NCBI GenBank assembly: GCA_023334545.1
Contig: JAADVB010000124.1
Location: 1-52,930 of the forward strand
DNA from: Salisapilia sapeloensis CBS 127946
Lineage: Eukaryota; Protista; Oomycota
Length of the DNA stretch: 52,930 nucleotides
Direction: 5' to 3'
The number at the start of each line of letters is the position of its first letter. The first letter of the stretch is position 1. Shown here piece by piece: positions 1 through 12,559 of the stretch. The position numbers were made by a program, and so were the translations under genes. Below the pieces are notes generated by a model. That model saw only the letters and a program-made list of their open reading frames with translations, was not told where the DNA came from and searched no databases.

Positions 1-31
1 GTCCTTGTAGCACGACTCGATGTTGCGTCGA

Positions 32-85
32 ATGGAAACTTGGGCTTGGAAGGTCAAAATGGAAAATGAACTTGCTGCTGAATTC
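32..85 (+). repeat. Short dispersed repeat, second copy at ~3192-3244; remnant of a decayed gene family
   Basis: atggaaac-tgggcttggaaggtcaaaatggaaaatgaacttgctgctgaatt vs atggaaacgtgggcttggaaagtcgaaatgagaaatgagattgctgctggatt; both read WAWKVxMxNExAA. Confidence 0.6.
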
Positions 86-3000
86 GGACTTGCAGGAGAA
101 GACAAGACCGCTCCAGTAGATATATCCAGAGAGTACCCATTCGGAGTCGATGAGATACAACAGCACAATCCGAAGAAATCGATCCATTTGGCTTAGTCGA
201 GACTTTTAAATCAGCATGACCTACGTAGAGTCGAAGAGTGTCCTATAAATTCTAATTTACAAGCATCGTATTTATTATCGTCTTCAGCGCGATATATGGC
301 CAAGTTGCATCCATTCATAAGCACCGATGCATGATTGCCACACCCGAAGTGTATTCTCCCACGACTTAACCATATGGACTCTTCTGAATCCAGTCCACCC
401 TTTTGGTTCACTTGCGACTGTACCTGTAAGGTCATCGTTTGTACGTTGTCTGTACTTCTAGTCGGTCAAGTTTACTTCCTTCTATCAACTACTTTCTAGG
501 GAATTGTTTCCATCTTTTGCACAAAAGTTATAGCTGAGATTTAAAATCTCTTTGACGTGTACTGCCTAATTTATTTGACGAGCTCTCATGACTTTCAAGA
601 ATGGCAGTGAGCGAGGATAGTAAGAAGTGAAACCTGTATTAAATTCCAGGCCTTTGTTTCCATAGATTTAATATAGCCATTACTAGAGCCAAGTCGCAAG
701 TGTCTCTTTCCACTGGATTGTTCAGTTACAAAAGTGGCAGGCTAGAAAATGATGCGACAACGCAAGGTCTCATTAATATAGAAAATACCAAAGCGTGGAA
801 GGTAGTATCGACTGGATCATGCTATGACACTTCATCCGCACTCTCTCAGATGCTTACAGATTGTCTAAAGAGAGAACACAGCTACTAGAGATCCAACTCA
901 AATTGAGGCTTCGCACATGATTACTTGTACACATAACTTTCGCTTAGGTCCAATCTAGATTCAAGCCAGATATAGGAGTGGCTTAAAATAATGATGGGCA
1001 AAGAAACGACCTTTCGAACGGCAGCTTGCTCACTGTTTCAACATCAAACACAGAAGGATGGAGCCAAGTCTGCTCATTTCGTAACTTTGAATGGATTGGA
1101 AAATGATGTTCGATCTCGCTTAGAGTTGGAGCGATCGCCTGGCTAATAGCCAACGTCCATACTTCAATTCTGCTCCCTATAAGATATAAATATGTGACGA
1201 TACCATATGCGTAATATTTTACAATCCGTAGCCCAACTCGATGGCGAGAGTCCGCGGTATCTGTTCGGCCCTGATTGTCATCATCAAAAGATTCAGAGAA
1301 ATAGCTGAATCTGAAACAGGAATGATCATTGAAGCATAAAAGCGACCCGTATCTGCATTTAATGATCGCCATGTCGGGCTTTAATTGGATTCTAGAAGAA
1401 AACTCTGTAGAAAGATCAACTCGTCGAGCGCATGTGCTTCCACGGACTAGTATATGATGCAATACTACTGCCACGACGGCACGAAGAGTATTCTGACAAG
1501 TTAGTTGTACAAACTCGGATATGGTGAATATAAGTAGACACCCTTCAGATCTCCTCATGGACCACTGCAGAGCCAATGTATGGTAAAGCAGACAGCTGTT
1601 GGTCGCTGATGCAAAACTGTACCAGCAAAGATTAACAATATACCTTTTTGGTTCCCCACAAAGACAGAGTATAGAGATCAAATCTGCAGCTAGTAATGGC
1701 AGTCGCTAAATTGAGCACACGTAGATCGGCAGACCTTTATGCACCAGTTCGCATTCATGGGAAGCATGCTCGAGGACGGTTGGTCAATTAGGACAGTAAG
1801 CGATTAGCACGTATCAGAGTGGGCATTTAACATCATAAAAAACTTGCCGCCCATATTTCTGTAGTTTGAAAATTAAACTGTCTTGCCAAATAGCTGGTGG
1901 CCGTGGTCTTCATGGACGAAGCATCGACAAACTGGTACATCCAAGTCTCTTCGAACCGATGGTGGTGATGCTTCTACTGATTTTAATGGTAAAAGTATAA
2001 AATAAGACGAACGCGATACAGGGACACTGGGAAATTGGGTGCAAAGTAGATTGATTAGCTCCGTCCTGCCTAAACGTCCTAGCTCAAAACCATATTCTTA
2101 GCGCGCTCTATTTTCTCGGGGTTCAGGACATCCATAGTTGTGTGTCATGTTTTCTTCACTAGCTTTTCAATGTTGGCTACTTCCGACTCCGACTATCCGT
2201 CGTTGGTGTTTGCGTAGGTGTGAAAGGCGTATCATAGCATGCGTTCTACTGCTGTCAGATCTTCGAATATTCCATCATGCTGCATTGAAGTCGAGCTATG
2301 CAAATACGTGGCTGCTGCAACCCATTTCTTGCTGTTGATCCAGTCAATGATGTCATCGCTCGCATCTGTGTCTTCGGTCTGAAAGCCAAATGCAGCATCT
2401 TGATCTTGTGATGATGCAGGACAAAAGCAAGCGTACGTTTCCACTTGCCCTCAATAAGAATCTCCATCTCGTTTTTCACGCGTTCGTAACTTGAAATCAC
2501 TTCACCCATTGGCTTTTGAACGATCAGTCGACCCAAGAAGCCTTGGATGGTCTCTTCTTTATGTTTGTACGTGGCGCGCATAAGGCTTTCACATGACTGT
2601 ACATTACCTTGATACAAATGAACTAAACTTACGTCGATCTTTATCTCTTACATTCGTATTTACCCCCAATCGACCAGAAGCTTCATGGTGTCCCAATCAC
2701 CCTTTGCAAGAGCGATATGAAGTGGAGTACGACCATCTTCATCGTGCTTATTATCGTCTGTATCACTTTGCAGTAGCACACTCATGGCCTGTACTTTTCC
2801 ACTTTTGGTAGTCCAATGAAGTGTAAAATTTCCATTTATATCCTGCTTATGAACATCCGCCCATTTCTATCCGAACATTCATCGCCTCCACTCGTCCTCT
2901 GTCGGTAGCAAAATGAAGTGTGATACGACCTATTCTACTCTGCTTATGTACATCCGCGCCATGCTTTAAAAATAACCTCGATGACTTTGATATGACCCCC

Positions 3001-4324
3001 GGACGCCGCCACTATCAATGGCGATCTCCAAAGCCGATTTCTTCATCCTTATAGTCCACGCTACCACCTTCTTGAATCGTCATGCGAACGCCTACTTGAT
3101 CTCCAGCTTTTGTGTACTCCCACGGCTTTTCGTTCGTACTCGTAAGCGTAGTCATAGCCAATCCTTTTGGTAAGAAGTAGAGTTGTAGTTTATGGAAACG
3201 TGGGCTTGGAAAGTCGAAATGAGAAATGAGATTGCTGCTGGATTGATAAAGCATTCTGTTGCAATACGAAAAGCAATTTGAAATATAAAAAGTTCTAACG
3301 ATGCCATAAACTACATATAGCCACTAAAGGCATACCCACGGACTCTGCTTCCTCACCATAAGGTCAATATAGAGTAGACATGCATGTACTCGCAGAACGC
3401 TAGAGGGTAGCTTGGTAACCCATGTACCTGCTTCATAGCAAGCATCGATTTTTCTACTTGGACTCCACTTAGTAGACTTAGCTGGCAGTAAACTCAGCAT
3501 CAGGCACAACCTTTCCCGTCCACCTGTCGTGCCCATACTCACAAGAGAGATGAGCGAGAGAGACAGGTAGTCGATATGCTCTGAAGTGTCTCCTATTAGG
3601 ATACGGGATTCAGTTGTAAACGTATGAATGCTCCTACTTTCTGACGTTCCTACATCATCGTGAATGTAGATATTCCATCGCTTCCATGCATTCTGCTTAG
3701 CACCCTAAGTCTTCGCTTTGATGAGCTTCTGTCTACCAGTACACATATTCCTTCTTGCATACAAGAATGACTTGACATCTTCTCTCGAAAGCTCAAGTAG
3801 ATTAAATGGCAAAGTGGATGGTAAATGATTCATGTCGAAAGCTTTCTCATGTTTTCTACTCTAGAGAATTCGATATGCATCTCCTATTCGAGGTTTCCTA
3901 CTACTTGATAGATGCACGATGCAAGATAATGTTTGAGAGACAGCCTACTGTCTCTTGATAGAATGATGCATAGAACTTTGATGTCGTATTCCTTCTCCAT
4001 TACTTCATTCATAGATTTTCATTTGTACGAGTCAGCTACTTCCCAGTAGATCACTCTACGAGTTCCTCCTTCCCACCAAATTATTTGATCGCTAGGAGAT
4101 CACTCACACCATTAAACGCTTGCAACGGTTCAGATTTCCAGCTTGTTCCTCGATATGATTGCTGCTATAGCTCTGACGTCTCCGCTCTCGTGTACTCGTG
4201 CTGGATATCAATTATATTCGAGCTGTCTACAGTCCGAGTAACCTCCACAAGTCCAATGTAGCGAAAAGAGCAAGTACGAGTCGCAGTAATACCAAAAGCA
4301 TTTCATTTATACTCTACCATCCCA

Positions 4325-6050
4325 CTATGGATAATTTGAATAATCAAACTGGAATGTCGGATCCATACCTACATCAACAAGTCAGTATCTGCAGTACATG
4401 TCTACCTATATCGCTACAAGATACAAACATACCGAAATGAGGATATGGAAACTGCGTCACAAATACCAGGATCAAAGCTGATCTTGCTATCACGACGCTG
4501 CCTTGGGCTTCGAAGGTAAAGCCAAGTAGCTTGAGCGGGCTAAACCCAAACTTCCATTGAATATACGTGACGAATGCGATGAACGATAGAAGCTCCAAAC
4601 CAGCATACAGAGCGATACTGCCGATGGAATGGTACAACGTTTCTTCCGTTAGATGACGAAAGTTGGCATGATACTTGACATTCGGCAAATTGTACAGGAC
4701 TGACATGTAGATGATGTAGATAAACGGCACCACGAACTCGACGTACTCGAGTGACGCCAAGTATTCGCATCGGAAGAGCAAAGACTGCGTCTGCTGCAGG
4801 AGCAAAGCCTTGTCACTGTCTGGCATAGTCACCGGTTCTTCATTATGTGCGTTTCTATCGTCACTACCGTCAACGACGTGACGCTCCTTGCTCGCAGCTT
4901 CATGTGTGGTGGGGGCAAACGGCACGACTGCTGTCTCTTTCTCAGAACGCTTCGAAGTAGATAGTTTAAATACACCAGAAGCCTTTTGCTCAGGATGTGG
5001 AACGACTCTACTTTTCTTGACTCCTTCCACCTCTTCGTTGGATATGTCGCTCCTATTTTTAAGCATCATTTTCGGTCGATCTAGGACGTATTCAAGCACC
5101 ATGGACAGCAGATCCTTGTGTTCATCACGCCCCAATTTATTCTGCAGCTCAAACACTTTCTGAGACGCTCTTTGAATGCAATAGAGCGCCCACATCGAGT
5201 TAAGTACATCATAAACGATAAGCACTACAGTCGCCCAAGGCGATCGAGCAGTATGCATGCACATGGAGACGTAGAACGCATTGAAAAGCTCGACAGAGAA
5301 GACAGTCGTGTGAATAATTTCTTTCGGTATCGCGATGAAACGATTTGCAATAAAATTCTTCATAATAATCTTGATAATTGGAAGCACTAGTACAAATGCA
5401 GCTTGCTCTAAGCCTCGAAGTCGGACGAAGATAGCTGAATAGGCTGGATAAACGACTATTAGCGCGGATTGTGAGAACATGAGCAGTATGCTCGCCTTTG
5501 CAAACGTGCGATAGGCCGCGATACTTAACAAGTTGTGCCGTACAAAGACATATAAGATCAAGAGCCCGATGAAAGGTGCCCCAATCATCGTCGTCCAGAC
5601 GAGGCAATATGGCGTAGGGAATGCCCATTTGTAGCCACAGAAGACAGCTAATCCGATCTGCGCCGCCGTCGCCATGACAGACATGAAAAAAATCGAGCGT
5701 AAGGAGACGGCACTCCCGGAATGTGTTCCGAAGAGCTGGATCGTGCAGCAAATATCACCAATAAACACGAATCCAGTCAGACGTAGATAGAGTGCGTAAT
5801 TCTCCATCCACCCTGCGTTTGGAGATGCTAGTGGAATGCATTCTAACAAGAGGATAAATGCTAGTGCCGGGAGTGGTACTGCTAGAAGCAGAGCGAGACT
5901 TTTCATCCATGGCTTGAATGAGTACGTTTGGAACGCCTGTACTGCCTCGAGAGAGTAAACGCCTTTACGAGAGACTTGGAAACGTCTCCAGATGATCCTT
6001 AACCGTTCCAGCCGAGTAGGCAACTCGTCTGGCGGTGCAGAGGTCTGCAT
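4325..6050 (-). CDS. Oomycete-type multi-pass transmembrane protein, paralogue 1 (2 exons: 6050-4433, 4368-4325; ~553 aa)
   Basis: Long ORF with many hydrophobic helices; motifs FSVELFNAFY and LLFRCEYLASLEYVEFVVPFIY. A 64-nt GT-AG intron (4432-4369) gives a terminal exon GMDPTFQFDYSNYP* that is conserved in paralogue 2. Confidence 0.85.
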
Positions 6051-6432
6051 CGAGCCGAGTGCTAGAGGTGTTCACACCGGTCGTTACGATGCCTAATGAC
6101 TGTACTAGAACGCTTCTCATCCAGAAATAGCTTCTCGTAGTGTTTGTATCAGGTATGCGATGTAGCATATTTAAACTCTTGAAACTCCTGTCGTATCATC
6201 TCGCTGGATCGCCTGCGTATGATACTAGCCCCATCAATTGGCATGCACCACTCGTAGTATCAGAGCAATGTCGAATGCATAAATCTATGATGCCTCATGT
6301 CGCTTCCACATCGTTTAATGGGTCAAAGGAGGAAGCTGCAGTTGCTGCGGTAGCTATCAATACTGTTGGATGGGAAATAAAGCATGAGAATGTACATGCG
6401 CATAAGCATTTTGGTCTTACTTTTGCATCTAG

Positions 6433-8144
6433 CTACGGATAATTAGAGTAGTCAAACTGAAATGTCGGGTCGACACCTGCGCCCATAGACAAGTCAGCGT
6501 CCATCACATGCTTTTATACGCTAGTACAGATGCAGTGGACGTACCAAAGTGTGGATATGGAAATTGTGCTACAAATAAGAGAAATAAGGTCGACCGTGCG
6601 ATCACGACATCAGCTTGTGTCTCAACGCTAAAACCGAGTAGTTTCACTGGACTAAATCCAAACTTCCATCGAATGTACGTGACGAATGCGATGAATGAAG
6701 CAAGCTCCAAACCAGCGTACAGAACGATGCTAGTGATGGAGCTGTAGAGCGTGTCTTGAGTCAAATACCGAAAGTGAGCATGATACTTGACATTTGGCAA
6801 ATTGTACAGGATTGACATGTAGATGATGTAGATAAAGGGTACCATGAACTCGACGTATTCGAGTGACGCCAAGTATTCGCATCGGAAGAGCAGAGACTGC
6901 GTCTGCTGCAGGAGCAAAGCCTTGTCTCTATTTAACTCTTCTACCTGCTCTTTACTCTTCGTCTTGCTGGCCTCTGTACTCGGAACAGCCTGAGATTTGT
7001 CCTGCGTGATCATACTGGATGTTGGAGACAGTGGATGGGTCGCAGTTTGTCTCTGTGCTTGCGGAGAAGCGTACGTCTGCTTCTTCCCAGATGCAGGAGC
7101 TACCCTATTTTTCTTCCCACACTTTTTCTTTACCAGGCTCTCGCCAGTCGCAACGGTTGGTTTGGATTGATCGGTAGCACACTGAAGAACCATGGATAAA
7201 AGGTCCTTGCGACTATGATGCTTTTTTAATTTATTTTGAATCTCGCATACTTTACTAGAAGCTCTTTGGATTGTAAAGAGCGACCAGATCGAGTTTAATG
7301 CATCATAAACGATAAGTAGCACAGTCGCCCAAGGTGATCGGGCAGTCTGCATCGACGTTGAGACATAAAACGCGTTAAATAGCTCGACGGAGAAAACAGT
7401 CGTGTGGATAATGTCTTTTGGCATGGAGATAAACAGATTTGCGACTAAATTCTTCATGATAATCTTGATAATTGGAAGCACTAGTACAAATGCAGCCTGC
7501 TCCAGACCTTCCAACCTGATAAACGCCGCCGAAAATGCTGGATAAACGACCATTAAAGCAGCTTGTGCAAGCAGTAGCATAACAGTCGTCTTCCCATACG
7601 TCCGATAGGCCAGGATACTCGACAAATTATGCTGGATAAAGACGTAGAGGATCAATAGCGTAAAAAAGAGTGTCCCTAGCGTCACCATCTTTAGAAGGCA
7701 AAATGGTACTGGAAACGTCCATCCGTAGCTTAAGAGCACAGTCATCCCTGTCTGTACTCCTGTCGCGATGGCAGACGTGAAGAAAATCATTCTTGTCGAT
7801 ACAAAGTCACTTAAATGGTTTCCGAGGAGCTGAATACTACAGCAAATGTTCCCAAGAAATAAAAATCCGGCCAGGCGTAGATAGAAATTGTAGTTCTCCT
7901 TCCATCCTGCGTTTGGAGATGCTAGTGGAATGCATTCTAACAAGAGGATACACAGAATTGCAGGGAGTGGTACTGCTAGAAGCAGAGCGAGACTCTTTCT
8001 CCACGGCTTTGTAGAGTACGCTCGAAACGCCTGTACTGCCCCGAGAGAGTAAACGCCTTTACGAGAGACTTGGAAGCGTCTCCAAACAGTCCTTAGACTA
8101 TCAATTCTAGTAGCCGTCGTGTTTAACGGCATCGATGGCTGCAT
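6433..8144 (-). CDS. Oomycete-type multi-pass transmembrane protein, paralogue 2 (2 exons: 8144-6545, 6476-6433; ~547 aa)
   Basis: Tandem paralogue of 4325-6050 with the same motifs; 68-nt intron 6544-6477; terminal exon GVDPTFQFDYSNYP*. Confidence 0.85.
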
Positions 8145-8778
8145 GTATAGGAGCGTTGGAAGTGTCTACCGTGGACGACTTCTTTGGATTAATTTAAGAC
8201 GAAGAACTCGAAACGGACGTTCAATACGACTAGATCTTTCGTATCTATCGACAAATGCGTTTACAAGCAGTAGAAATCATGATTGTACAAGAAGCAGATA
8301 GACATTGTCGTATATTTGTGATGTGTTGATATGGAGATACATTTATATCTTGACGCTGGCGATGTCGAGTGGCTGTGCTAGAGCCCTTACTGTCTTAAAA
8401 TAACTTTCTGCGTTCCTGTCAGTCATGCACTGTAGCAGACTATTCCTTCTAAAACTCCTGTGTTTAACCTGGATAAAACACTTGCTATAGATAAGACAAT
8501 ATGTAAAACAGGATACTAGCATGAATCCTTGGACCACATTTGTCATCTTGTTTATCTATCCCCATACGGATACTTCTGCCTGTTATAATATTCACAGCCA
8601 TGGTGTATCATAGCGCACACTGAAGCTCTTTAGGTTGTTGTAGCTTAGATGGCACAAGTTTCTTCCATGAGGCTTTCACAGGAGAAACACTAGTCAGTCA
8701 TCACCATTTTCAGCCGCCAGCGCAAATTGCTTGCTTATAAGCCTAAGTAGCAACTTATTGCATCCAACTAGTGCAGAT

Positions 8779-9669
8779 ATGACAGCCTATAGGATCAAAT
8801 ACGACGTCAATGATGACACGACGTGTCTTACAAGTATCAAGCCGATAGTCGCTTCAACCCAGATCTCTTGTACCCAGTTCGAAATAGTGACCGTGACAGG
8901 CGGAGCACTCTGAGTCCCCCACGTCGCAGTCAACTTCACTCATCCGAAAAGAATGAATCAAGGGCATATCCATATCTCTCGAGCGTATCATCATTTCATG
9001 ATGAGCACTCATCTAGCGTATCGGCTACCGTGGGAGACGCTCGGCGAAGTCTACGCAAACTTCAGGTTAGTAAGCCGAGGCTTGGGTAGGATGTTTATCA
9101 AATACGAATCGGTCTTAAGCGACGTCGACCAGCGGAAGATTGAGTACTTTGCGAATTGCTTATCCGATGCGATTCAAGAGTTCTCACAGACCGACAAGCG
9201 ACCTCCAATCGATGAAGACGATCAGTCTCTGGACCTCACCACCTGGGACAATGAGAATAGAAGAATCACTCATTGCTATGCCGGCATGTACTATAGTCTG
9301 CTACGAGGGTACATTGAATTCAACCTCATCCTGTCAGACCCAGACAAGTTCCTCTACATAATGCAGAGAGGCGGGTCGTGCGCTCCATCGGGCGTACGTA
9401 GCTGCGCATGGGGTGAGCTAGGCTCTTATCCAGATTACATGTCCAGTCGCATTCGATGGATCTTCAAAAATTATAATGAGCTCCATCCGCTCAGCGCTCC
9501 GATCCTGCAGGCGATGCGAGACCACGCAGCATTTCTCTTCCGGTGCCTCTACTCGATCGGCAAGGAGGCTCACCCGAATATAGGGGCAGACTTTGTGGAT
9601 TACACAGATGTAAACAAAGCGCTGGATCCACATTTTATCGCCGACATCATCCGACCAGAATACATCTAA
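8779..9669 (+). CDS. Lineage-specific hypothetical protein, copy 1 (main ORF 8953-9669; probable upstream exon from ATG 8779)
   Basis: 238-aa open frame. Homologous copies at 11643-12207 and 15040-15293; synonymous differences between copies (gtc/gta, aat/aac) fall in this frame. The 5' structure is uncertain. Confidence 0.6.
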
Positions 9670-10183
9670 CTCTGGCAAGTAAATGGTATCAGGAAAATCT
9701 ATTCTTTTCTTTTTATCTACTCTCGTTGTTTTCCATTCAACGGCGTGGTCCTCTCCCGATTTTTATAAAGAGGATGGATATCCATGTACGTGATAAGGCA
9801 GGCATATACGTCGTTGAGTACCTAGGATGAGTCCAGTACGGAGCTCTTTAAAATCAAGTAGCTGTTGGTACGCATATATATGTGACGGACTTGACACATG
9901 GGATATGAATATCGATGCAGGCCATGAATATACAAGAGGCATGGCTGTTGACGATAGAGAGTAGCCTTGTCTAACAGAATTTTCATTTAGAATCGATGAA
10001 AGAACTTGTTTAGATTAATAGAAGAAACATAGAGTAAGATCCTAGTTGGAAGATACTCATCAGAAGTGTCCTCTGTAGAGGGTTTCCATAGCACCGTCAG
10101 TCGGGGCTTCAGCTTCAGGAGGGGTGTGTAGCTCCGACCTGGCATCAGAAGATACCCCCGGGAGCAGTTCCATGCCAGAACTC

Positions 10184-10846
10184 TTAAGCAGCCGTGCCAG
10201 TTGTTTCATCCCAGTAATGTTCAGGAGTCGCAGTATTTTCTCCAGTCGGGGGATATGATTCATATGAAGGTGGTGCAGTTGTTTCATCCCAGTAATGTTC
10301 AGGAGTCGGTACAGTTGTTTCATCCCAGTAATGTTCAGGAGTCGCAGTATATTCTTCAGCCGAAGGATATGATTCATATGAAGGTGGTGCAGTTGTTTCA
10401 TCCCAGTAATATTCCTCAGTCGGGGGATATGAATCATCCCAGTAATGGTCAGGAGTCCGGGCAGGTGCATCAGGCCAGGGGACAGTAGTAGATGGAGTGC
10501 TTGGAGCAGACGCAGACCCTGAAGTAGAGTTCATTGTTCCCATGCCAGAGGCACTTACATTCGTCGGAAAGTCTTGAGCGTAAGATGCGCTCGAGTGGTA
10601 GGATGACGAGCCATAGGAGGCCTGAGTCGAGTCATTGGCAGAATCCGATGGAGAGGACGCAGACGCCGTAGTCGTTGACTCCATACCATATTCCTCCCTC
10701 TTTTCTTCACTCGACCATTGCCGAGCCGCAGCATAGTGCCACTGATGGTTACGAATGTTGGTACTGGGTGCATCCTCCGAGAGCACAAGGCCTAAAGCCA
10801 TGGCGATAGCGATGGAGGAGGGAGCAGCAACAGCGATGATCTTCAT
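10184..10846 (-). CDS. Secreted Ser/Thr-rich acidic tandem-repeat (mucin/adhesin-like) protein, ~220 aa
   Basis: ATG at 10846 gives a signal-like MKIIAVAAPSSIAIAMALGLVLS, an S/T-rich linker, then repeated PEHYWDETT(A/V)P units. Confidence 0.65.
   Translation of the reverse strand: MKIIAVAAPSSIAIAMALGLVLSEDAPSTNIRNHQWHYAAARQWSSEEKREEYGMESTTTASASSPSDSANDSTQASYGSSSYHSSASYAQDFPTNVSASGMGTMNSTSGSASAPSTPSTTVPWPDAPARTPDHYWDDSYPPTEEYYWDETTAPPSYESYPSAEEYTATPEHYWDETTVPTPEHYWDETTAPPSYESYPPTGENTATPEHYWDETTGTAA
10200..10460. repeat. Coding tandem repeat with alternating 78/36-nt spacing (114-nt higher-order unit, ~2.3 copies)
   Basis: Core ttgtttcatcccagtaat starts at 10201, 10279, 10315 and 10393, with a degenerate copy at ~10429. 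Confidence 0.9.
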
Positions 10847-11642
10847 CCCGATGTGATAAGACTGGCTGGATGGAAGGTGACTTGAGCTCCGGTTGATGAA
10901 TGGAATAATGAGGGATAACGCAGATACCCATGAACGCCTTGGTGTCTTGCTCAACCTGGCTTGGGATCGTGTGCCATCATATCCTTTAAAACGGATAAAG
11001 AATATGGACTTGAGTATGGGTCACTAATTCCCATAGCCATGGGAACGAAGCAAATGGACATATACGCCTGGTACGAATAGACGCATCATGCGACTGTGCG
11101 GATACGAGCAGCATCGTATCTAGGCAGCATTTCTGATTTGAAGTCGTTTGGGTTTGATCTGAACACTCGCCAGAGGTTCAAGTTCCGCACTTGGCATCGC
11201 TTTTTATTAAGAAACTTTTATTGTATTAATTCTTAATTCTTTTTTTCTTTTATTGAAGGATATGGTTGGTCTCTTCGTCTGTTCACATCAGAGTCTCTGC
11301 TTCGGACTATGGTTCGTGTGCTCTTTTATGACCCAGTGAAACTTGATATATGAAAGCTGTGATTGTAGCAATCGACTTTGTAGTTAAGACGCTCCAGAAG
11401 GCTGTAGTAGTAGTTCTTCGACCAAAGCCTATTACGTTGCTAAACCTTGAAAGATACGAGTGTATACCATAAAGTCTTGTGGGCTATACTCGACATTCAT
11501 CGCCGTCTCACATGGATATTACTCCAAGTCAACAAGATATAAGAGCTCCATGAGCATGAAAGTAGAACCACCTCGTCGAATCCAACAGCCTACATGTCTT
11601 GCCTAGAAACCCTACAACCACTCTCGTTGTAAATCTACAAAT

Positions 11643-12207
11643 ATGGCTAACCATATAATTAGGCAACCTGTGAGCAATACGCCTGCAGGACTTACAAGTA
11701 TCAAGCTGACAGTCGCTTCAACCCAGATCTCTTGTATCCAGTTCGAAATAGTGACCGTGACAGGCGGAGCACTCTGAGTCCCCCACGTCGCAGTCAACTT
11801 CACTCATCCGAAAAGAATGAATCAAGGGCATATCCATATCTCTCGAGCGTATCATCATTTCGTGATGAGCACTCATCTAGCGTATCGGCTACCGTGGGAG
11901 ACGCTCGGCGAAGTATACACAAACTTCAGGTTAGTAAGCCGAGGCTTGGGTAGGATGTTTATCAAATACGAATCGGTCTTAAGCGACGTCGACCAGCGGA
12001 AGATTGAGTACTTTGCGAACTGCTTATCCGATGCGATTCAAGAGTTCGCACAGACCAACAAGCGACCTCCAATCGATGAAGACGGTCAGTCTCTGGATCT
12101 GAAGATGTGGGCTATCGATCTTGGCGAAAGCAGAAGAATGTACGAGTTCATGTATGAAACTCTGCATGAAGGGTACGTCTGCTTTAACCTTATCCTGTCG
12201 GACCCAG
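11643..12207 (+). pseudogene. Copy 2 of the 8779-9669 gene, 5' half, broken after ...FNLILSDP
   Basis: ~95% identical to 8827-9240 over ~410 nt, then diverged but alignable. Homology ends abruptly at gacccag (12207); the ORF runs on into unrelated sequence to 12320. Confidence 0.7.
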
Positions 12208-12559
12208 GATTTTGGAATTTTTCCCGTTCATTTTCCAATCATTCTCCATATACCACGACCATAAAGGAAGGAGATGAGAAATCATGGTATTATTCGAGGG
12301 CAAATTGTCAGTGTGTCTAAAGTCAACCTTGCAGCATGACCGAAAGTAAGCAAGATTAGAAGAGATTGTGTTTGTTGAGCAGATAATTTGGTAGTAGGCA
12401 AGGCATTGAAGTCGTCATGAAAACAAACGAGGATGAATTGTAACAGGAATCAATACTTGAGTCTTTGGTGGTTCGTCCTACTCCAACGTAGCTATCCACA
12501 ATTCTATTCCTATTCAACTATATCGTTCGCTCCTCTGTCATGTCTCGGCGGGTCATAGA

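Noticed and set aside
983-1681. 232-aa minus-strand ORF
   Set aside because: Starts at TTG (first ATG at about codon 42), has no recognisable motif and lies in a decayed region; possibly a remnant but cannot be called.
8823-9089. Alternate-frame ORF containing RRSLR (RxLR-like)
   Set aside because: No signal peptide; the motif is RRSIH in copy 2; synonymous changes favour the other frame.
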